DNA from: an uncultured virus (IMG/VR IMGVR_UViG_3300021960_000052)
Taxonomy: Duplodnaviria > Heunggongvirae > Uroviricota > Caudoviricetes
Direction: 5' to 3' (one strand)
Virus record (IMG/VR): IMGVR_UViG_3300021960_000052
Length of the DNA: 64,000 nucleotides
Below, piece after piece: positions 58,624-64,000 of this stretch. Positions within the stretch are counted from its first letter, which is position 1; each line of letters opens with the position of its first letter. The notes under the pieces were generated by a model. That model saw only the letters and a program-made list of their open reading frames with translations, was not told where the DNA came from and searched no databases. The position numbers were made by a program, and so were the translations under genes.

Positions 58624-60088
58624 TTCAGGCTTTCATGACGCTGGTATAACTGTCATTGACGATAACGGTGATATTTTATTAGCCAGTCACAGTGAACGTT
58701 ATTCTAAGAAAAAGAATGATTACAACTTACATGAAGATCAGTTCCGTGAGTTTGACTACGGTAAGTTAAAAGCAATTAGTTACTATGAACGTCCTTGGTT
58801 AAAACAGATAAGACAGTTTAGAACAGGACAAGGTATTGAATGGGATAAACTAACTGTTCAGCAAATACTCAAACAGCAACTACCCAAAAAGATCTATAAC
58901 GAATTAAAAACAGTTCCAGTAAAAACAAATAACCATCACTTATCACATGCGGCCGCTGGTTTCCAAACTAGTCCGTATGATGATGCTACTGTAGTTGTCA
59001 TTGATGCTATAGGTGAGTTTGATACTATATCAATATGGCATGCTGAATATGATCGTAATGGCTATGCTCAATATAAAAAGTTATGGACACAAAAGTATCC
59101 ACACTCAATGGGCTTGTTTTATTCAGCAATGACTAAACGTGCAGGACTTAGACCGTTAGATGAAGAATATATTTTAATGGGCATGGCCGCATACAGCTTG
59201 CCTAAGTTTGATATGATCAATGACTTTGTAGAAGACCGTGCTGAAATTAAATTTAAAGAAAACTTGCACCTAGGCTGTGACGAATATGAGCCTAAAATGA
59301 CTGATTATCAAATTGCCGCTTCAGCACAGAGTGTGTTAGAAACATTACTACACGAAGTTATAGCTCGTGCTAAAAAATTAGGAAAGAGTAAAAACTTAGT
59401 TTACATGGGAGGAGTTGCTCTTAACTGTCTAGCCAATGAACACATAGGAGCATACTTTAAAAATATTTGGATTATGCCTAATCCTGGCGATTGTGGATCT
59501 AGTCTAGGAGCCGCGGCACTTGCCTATGGTAAGCAAGTTAATTGGTTGCACCCTTACTTGGGTACAGACATAGAAGGTCCGTATCCTGTTAATGCAATCT
59601 TAGACGAATTGCTTAATCGTAAAATAGTAGGTGTAGCATCTGGACGTGCAGAATTTGGCCCTAGAGCATTAGGTAACAGAAGTTTACTAGCAGACCCAAG
59701 AGGTCCAGAAATAAAAGATCAGGTAAATGAAATTAAACGTAGACAAAAGTTTAGACCGTTTGCACCTGTTATACTTGAAGAGTTTGTAGATGAATATTTT
59801 GAAATGCCTACAGGATTCCCAACAAGTCCTTATATGCAGACAGTGGCACGTTGTCTACATCCTACAGAGTTTCCTGCTATTATACACAAGGATGGTACTA
59901 GTCGTGTACAAACAGTACCTAAAGATTCTAACTCAGGTATAAGACAACTATTAGAAAAATGGTTTACTTTAACAGGTTGCCCTATGTTACTTAATACAAG
60001 TTTAAACATTAGAGGTGAACCAATGGTCAATGATAGATCAGATGCTGATCGTTTTGAAAAACTATACGGAGTTAAGGTCTGTAGTTAG
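58604..60088 (+). CDS. O-carbamoyltransferase, NodU/CmcH/TobZ family
   Basis: HDAG, SERYS..KND, HHLSHAA, DAIGE, GGVALNC, PNPGD.G, GRAEFGPRALGNRS, RPFAP, H.DGTSRVQTV and LLNTSLN..GEP. Confidence 0.96.
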   Translation: MTYLGISSGFHDAGITVIDDNGDILLASHSERYSKKKNDYNLHEDQFREFDYGKLKAISYYERPWLKQIRQFRTGQGIEWDKLTVQQILKQQLPKKIYNELKTVPVKTNNHHLSHAAAGFQTSPYDDATVVVIDAIGEFDTISIWHAEYDRNGYAQYKKLWTQKYPHSMGLFYSAMTKRAGLRPLDEEYILMGMAAYSLPKFDMINDFVEDRAEIKFKENLHLGCDEYEPKMTDYQIAASAQSVLETLLHEVIARAKKLGKSKNLVYMGGVALNCLANEHIGAYFKNIWIMPNPGDCGSSLGAAALAYGKQVNWLHPYLGTDIEGPYPVNAILDELLNRKIVGVASGRAEFGPRALGNRSLLADPRGPEIKDQVNEIKRRQKFRPFAPVILEEFVDEYFEMPTGFPTSPYMQTVARCLHPTEFPAIIHKDGTSRVQTVPKDSNSGIRQLLEKWFTLTGCPMLLNTSLNIRGEPMVNDRSDADRFEKLYGVKVCS

Positions 60089-61248
60089 CCTATACGTTCA
60101 ACTAATTTTTTGAGCCTGTGACTAAGATCGTTTTCTAAAACAATCCTATTCCATAATAATTGCTGAGTACACTTTTTATACATTTCGTGCCAATCATCTA
60201 AATCTAACCCAGCAAGTTCTTCACTGAGTTCCATAACCGCTTCAAAACGTTCTTGGGTGTTTTCTATATCATCATAACTTTCGTCAATGATATTATCAAA
60301 CGTTGCATAGCCTAATTCACGTAAATGCTTTAAGTGATGATGTTCTGCCACACAAATAAATGGTTGCATATGAAGTATTGGCTTAAGAGTTTTTTCTGTA
60401 ATAAACTGTCCGCCACTGCTGTCAACATCAATGAATGTTTCTAGCACAATATTAAAGTAACTATCTTGATATAAGTCATCCATTAGCACACTATAATCAT
60501 TGCGTTGGTCTGATGTTAATGAATCAACATAAAACGGTCCAGCAGTAATAAAGTCTAAACACTGTTGTTTGGTACTGTCTAAAAACTCATTTAGTAACGG
60601 TACACCGTCCCAGTCATCTTGTTCACCTAAGAACTCCTGACAATAACTAAAATAACCGTTATGATGAAGTCCTTTTGCCCATAAATTACTCATAAACACC
60701 TTACGCCAGAGCTTGTCTATCCTACATAAGGCTACAAACTGCTTACTACGACGCTTAAAATGCGTTATAGACGCCTTGCTAAAGTCTACAGAACGCTGAT
60801 ACATGTACTCTAATTCAGGCCAATAATAGGTATATTTGTACTGATCCGCGGCAGAATTGCCTGATATAAATGCTATATTATGGTAATTATGTTTGTCTGC
60901 TAGTTCTGTTAATCTAGTGTTTATATCTGCAGGATTGTCTGCTTCGTGGTAAAGAAATACTATTTTCATACCTTTATCTAATGCTCTAGGATTAATTAGT
61001 TCAAAATAGTCTTGGGTAAAATCAAACCAACCAATAGTAATAGGATACCAACTGTCTCTAGGAGCATTAGGAGTGTGTACTACGCTAACAGGTATTTCGC
61101 TTTCTTTTAGATAATAAAAGATTCTAGGATAATCCAACCAAGGCCATTCTGTAGCAAAGTCATCATTGGCACACTTTGCTGGGTCCATACCATTAGGTAA
61201 TGGACGACCTGTGCCTTCCTGAAAGTTATCAATTGCTAAAGTAATCAT
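60085..61248 (-). CDS. Putative GT-B-like glycosyltransferase (ITEK-motif family)
   Basis: SYFNIVLET...FITEKTLKPI...PF...L..LRELGY.TF...IDESYD; ITEK recalls GT10 fucosyltransferases. Confidence 0.55.
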   Translation of the reverse strand: MITLAIDNFQEGTGRPLPNGMDPAKCANDDFATEWPWLDYPRIFYYLKESEIPVSVVHTPNAPRDSWYPITIGWFDFTQDYFELINPRALDKGMKIVFLYHEADNPADINTRLTELADKHNYHNIAFISGNSAADQYKYTYYWPELEYMYQRSVDFSKASITHFKRRSKQFVALCRIDKLWRKVFMSNLWAKGLHHNGYFSYCQEFLGEQDDWDGVPLLNEFLDSTKQQCLDFITAGPFYVDSLTSDQRNDYSVLMDDLYQDSYFNIVLETFIDVDSSGGQFITEKTLKPILHMQPFICVAEHHHLKHLRELGYATFDNIIDESYDDIENTQERFEAVMELSEELAGLDLDDWHEMYKKCTQQLLWNRIVLENDLSHRLKKLVERIG

Positions 61249-62320
61249 TAATATCTTCTAACATTTCTGTTAGTTCCTGCCAAAGATACTTTTCAAACTC
61301 GCCACCATAAAACCAATTATAGTTGTGTTCTATAATTGGCTTACACTTTTCAAACAGTGCCTGACGGTCCTGTGATTCTAAATCTTTTAATAAGTTAGCA
61401 ACCATTTCAAAACGTTTAAAGTCATCAGGTTCGTCGTCATATGATTCATCCCAAACATCACTGAATGTTTTAAATCCATATTCACGTAAGTATTCTAAAC
61501 TACCTTGTGTTGCTGTTAACACAAAAGGCATTTTCATTGCGATTGGTTTAAATGTTTTTTCTGTTAAGTGTAAACGTTTACCTTCTGCTACAGTTTCCGA
61601 TACATGATATAATAAACAGTCTGCTGTTTCTTTCCAGTTAGTTAAATGATAACTAGACATTTCCTGTATTTCTTCTCCTGGGAAAGTACGTGTCTCAATT
61701 TGTCTTAGATACTTTACTATATCAATATGCTTTAATTCTAACTTTTGTTTAATAGCAATCATTTCTAAGTCCCAACCTTCCACAGGACATACTTTAGGAC
61801 AACTTACCCAGTTAGTGTTAAGCAATCCTAGTTTCATAAAGTGATACAACATAACAACTCTGTGTCTACGCTGTCCACCTATAATACGATTAGGGCTAAA
61901 GAATGTTTTTGTTATAGTTCTTTGCTCTGGCTGTGTCATTACATAACTACGATCATATCCACGATACCAATCTAAAGCGGCCCAACCATGAAAGAAATAA
62001 TAAAACTGTTCAGCACCAGTAAACTCTTGAGCCCAACTAACTGCTTCACTGTCGAGCTCACTGGTTACCATAGCAAGTTTTTTACCACCACTAAAAAGTT
62101 TTACTTTGTCAAACGTTGGTCTGTGCAAGTATTGTTGTATTGGTTCCTGATCAAACAAATACAAATAATTTCCTTGTGTTTCATCTCCGTTGATATATAC
62201 TATGATACTATTAGGATCACTGGCTCCGAACGGATCATGAACAGCAAGTTCTAAATTTTTATTTGTAGAAGCAAAATAAGGCCAAAATATATTTTGATAA
62301 AGTTCGTCGATTCTAATCAT
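61229..62320 (-). CDS. Putative GT-B-like glycosyltransferase (paralog)
   Basis: VSETV...HLTEKTFKPI...PF...GSLEYLREYGFKTF..VWDESYD. Confidence 0.55.
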   Translation of the reverse strand: MIRIDELYQNIFWPYFASTNKNLELAVHDPFGASDPNSIIVYINGDETQGNYLYLFDQEPIQQYLHRPTFDKVKLFSGGKKLAMVTSELDSEAVSWAQEFTGAEQFYYFFHGWAALDWYRGYDRSYVMTQPEQRTITKTFFSPNRIIGGQRRHRVVMLYHFMKLGLLNTNWVSCPKVCPVEGWDLEMIAIKQKLELKHIDIVKYLRQIETRTFPGEEIQEMSSYHLTNWKETADCLLYHVSETVAEGKRLHLTEKTFKPIAMKMPFVLTATQGSLEYLREYGFKTFSDVWDESYDDEPDDFKRFEMVANLLKDLESQDRQALFEKCKPIIEHNYNWFYGGEFEKYLWQELTEMLEDINDYFSN

Positions 62321-63947
62321 GTTTGATGTTTTTTATATTGGTAATAAACCTAATGTTGTTCCTCATGAACAACCTGTTCAATCAAAAGAACAAGCTCAAC
62401 AATTAAGTCGCACTCGTTATTGTTGGCTCATCAATACTTATACTGATTATAGTACCTGGGACTTTCTTTGGGAGCCTGTTCCTTGGGAGTCAAATCAAAC
62501 ACATGCGTTTCCTAGTCAATGGCAACGTGATAGTGAAACATACCTAATACCCAAACAAGCACACACAGACGTAAACTACAGAACAGATATAAAAGTAGAA
62601 CGCAATCAAGCAAGTGCAGACGTTGTAGTTATAGATCATTTAGATAATAATGTAAATCATACAACTTTTGCCATAGAAAATAAGGCAAATATTGTAAAAT
62701 ATACAAAATTTGTAGACAATTATCTAGATACTTTACTAAGAATTGCACGTAGTACAAATTCTGAACACTTATGGATATGTAGTAGTGTCTGTGACTACAC
62801 AGATTTTGATTTCACCTGGCATCCAGAGCCCTGGCAACGTGAAATGCTACATGTATTTCCAAGTGGTGACCAAAAGTTTGGTGATACATTCTATATGCAC
62901 GTTCCTACATTTAAAGAAAACGCAGACAAATGTGAATTATTAGATTGGTATAACAATAACTTCTGTACTGATCAAACTGTGCCAAGGCATAGGTTACCTA
63001 TAGTAACACATTTAGAAGATAGTCATGTTACCGCCTTACCTGAAAGTCAACAAGAACCTTTGGTAGTTTATACCAATGATAGATTATGGTTTACTCCTGT
63101 ACCTGATATTCCATTATGGCGCAAACAAACAAGAACTATTACACCATTAGATACAAGAGGTAGCAGTGTTATTGTTCCACGCGATGCGTTAGGTGACGTT
63201 AAAACACAGTTATGGGATTATGAGTATGTTGATCGCAGTTATCAAACACAGACTAAAAGCGACCCATTAGATGTTGTATTCATTGAAAACGGTGAAGTTA
63301 ATGCTGAAGAAAACTTTAACTATCTTGAGCAAATACTACAGGAAAAACCCAATAAATTACGGCGTGTGACGAACGTAAAGGGCCGTGTAGCCGCTTATCA
63401 GGCCGCGGCTAAGGTCAGTAGTACCCCGTGGTTTTTTGCTGTGTTTGCGAAGCTTAAAATAAACAAATCTTTTGATTGGTCTTGGCAACCTGACTGTTTA
63501 CAGCAACCAAAGCATTATATATTTCATGCACGTAATCCTATAAATGGTCTAGAATATGGACACATGGCTATGATTGCTTACAATAAAAAACTAGTGTTAT
63601 CAAACACTGCCCCGGGATTAGACTTTACACTTGATCAAGCACACGAAGTAGTACCTATACTATCAGGTGTTGCTAACTTTGTAGACGACGAAAAAACTAT
63701 CTGGAGAACTGCATTTAGAGAAGTTATTAAACTTAAACACAGTCTAAGTCAACAGCCTGACGTTGATACAGAATATAGACTACGCACCTGGATTAATAAA
63801 GGCGAAGGTGATGACGGAATATGGTCAATGCAAGGTGCAATAGATGCTGTTGAATATTACGATGAAGTTGGTGGAGTTTTTGATCTGTTAAAGCTAAGTT
63901 ATGATTGGGAGTGGCTTAATCAAAGGTTTGATCACTTACATGCTTAA
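62319..63947 (+). CDS. Glycosyltransferase-like protein with a duplicated N-terminal module; C-terminus paralogous to 49449-50342
   Basis: Two W......DY..[WF]DF.W.P.PW....H.FPS..Q repeats; C-terminal DVVF...E, VKG..AA..AAA, ARN.INGL.YG and WR.AFRE..K. Confidence 0.65.
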   Translation: MFDVFYIGNKPNVVPHEQPVQSKEQAQQLSRTRYCWLINTYTDYSTWDFLWEPVPWESNQTHAFPSQWQRDSETYLIPKQAHTDVNYRTDIKVERNQASADVVVIDHLDNNVNHTTFAIENKANIVKYTKFVDNYLDTLLRIARSTNSEHLWICSSVCDYTDFDFTWHPEPWQREMLHVFPSGDQKFGDTFYMHVPTFKENADKCELLDWYNNNFCTDQTVPRHRLPIVTHLEDSHVTALPESQQEPLVVYTNDRLWFTPVPDIPLWRKQTRTITPLDTRGSSVIVPRDALGDVKTQLWDYEYVDRSYQTQTKSDPLDVVFIENGEVNAEENFNYLEQILQEKPNKLRRVTNVKGRVAAYQAAAKVSSTPWFFAVFAKLKINKSFDWSWQPDCLQQPKHYIFHARNPINGLEYGHMAMIAYNKKLVLSNTAPGLDFTLDQAHEVVPILSGVANFVDDEKTIWRTAFREVIKLKHSLSQQPDVDTEYRLRTWINKGEGDDGIWSMQGAIDAVEYYDEVGGVFDLLKLSYDWEWLNQRFDHLHA

Positions 63948-64000
63948 TGACTCTGTCAGCAACGTATCTAATATCAGCATCAGTAAGTTCTGGATAAAAA
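63916..64000 (-). CDS. C-terminus of a DegT/DnrJ/EryC1/StrS-family sugar aminotransferase (gene continues beyond the window)
   Basis: Translated by hand: ...FYPELTDADIRYVADRVIKHVSDQTFD*, matching the typical LP.YP.LT..[ED]..Y[IV]...[VI] ending; only 27 residues are visible. Confidence 0.6.
   Translation of the reverse strand, partial: FYPELTDADIRYVADRVIKHVSDQTFD

Noticed and set aside
1..64000. Stop-codon reassignment, as seen in some jumbo phages
   Set aside because: Core genes are full length in the standard code, and TAA, TAG and TGA are all used as stops.

Overview
The window is 64 kb of a large, AT-rich T4-like myovirus genome (jumbo-phage-type, probably aquatic) using the standard genetic code. 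From left to right it holds: (1) a minus-strand head module (major capsid gp23, scaffold gp22, prohead protease gp21, acidic core protein, portal gp20), with a tape-measure-like gene upstream; (2) gp26/gp51-like hub or tail-assembly genes; (3) an accessory and early block with a small membrane protein, a sulfotransferase, a minimal GIY-YIG nuclease, two radical SAM genes, gp46/gp47 split by two SGNH-like genes, and late sigma gp55; (4) a plus-strand baseplate/tail module including a 4954-aa giant virion protein; (5) a ~16 kb tailoring cluster with glycosyltransferase-like genes, five tandem radical SAM enzymes carrying N-terminal twitch-like domains, an unannotated DUF1289 Fe-S protein, a NodU/TobZ-type carbamoyltransferase and the end of a DegT-type aminotransferase. 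The strongest unexplained signal is a ~405-nt ORF-free segment (10555-10961) directly 3' of the GIY-YIG gene. It folds on the minus strand into about ten hairpins, with G-U wobbles that work only on that strand, two GUAA tetraloops and a candidate 8-bp pseudoknot, which suggests a nuclease plus large structured ncRNA system. Other notable signals are a probable -1 frameshift after gp26, apparent avoidance of GCWGC, near-leaderless late promoters, a peptide repeat shared by two baseplate proteins, a zincin-like insert in the giant protein, and an antisense gene pair with no intergenic space at either end. All calls come from motif recognition and manual folding; no searches or folding programs were run.
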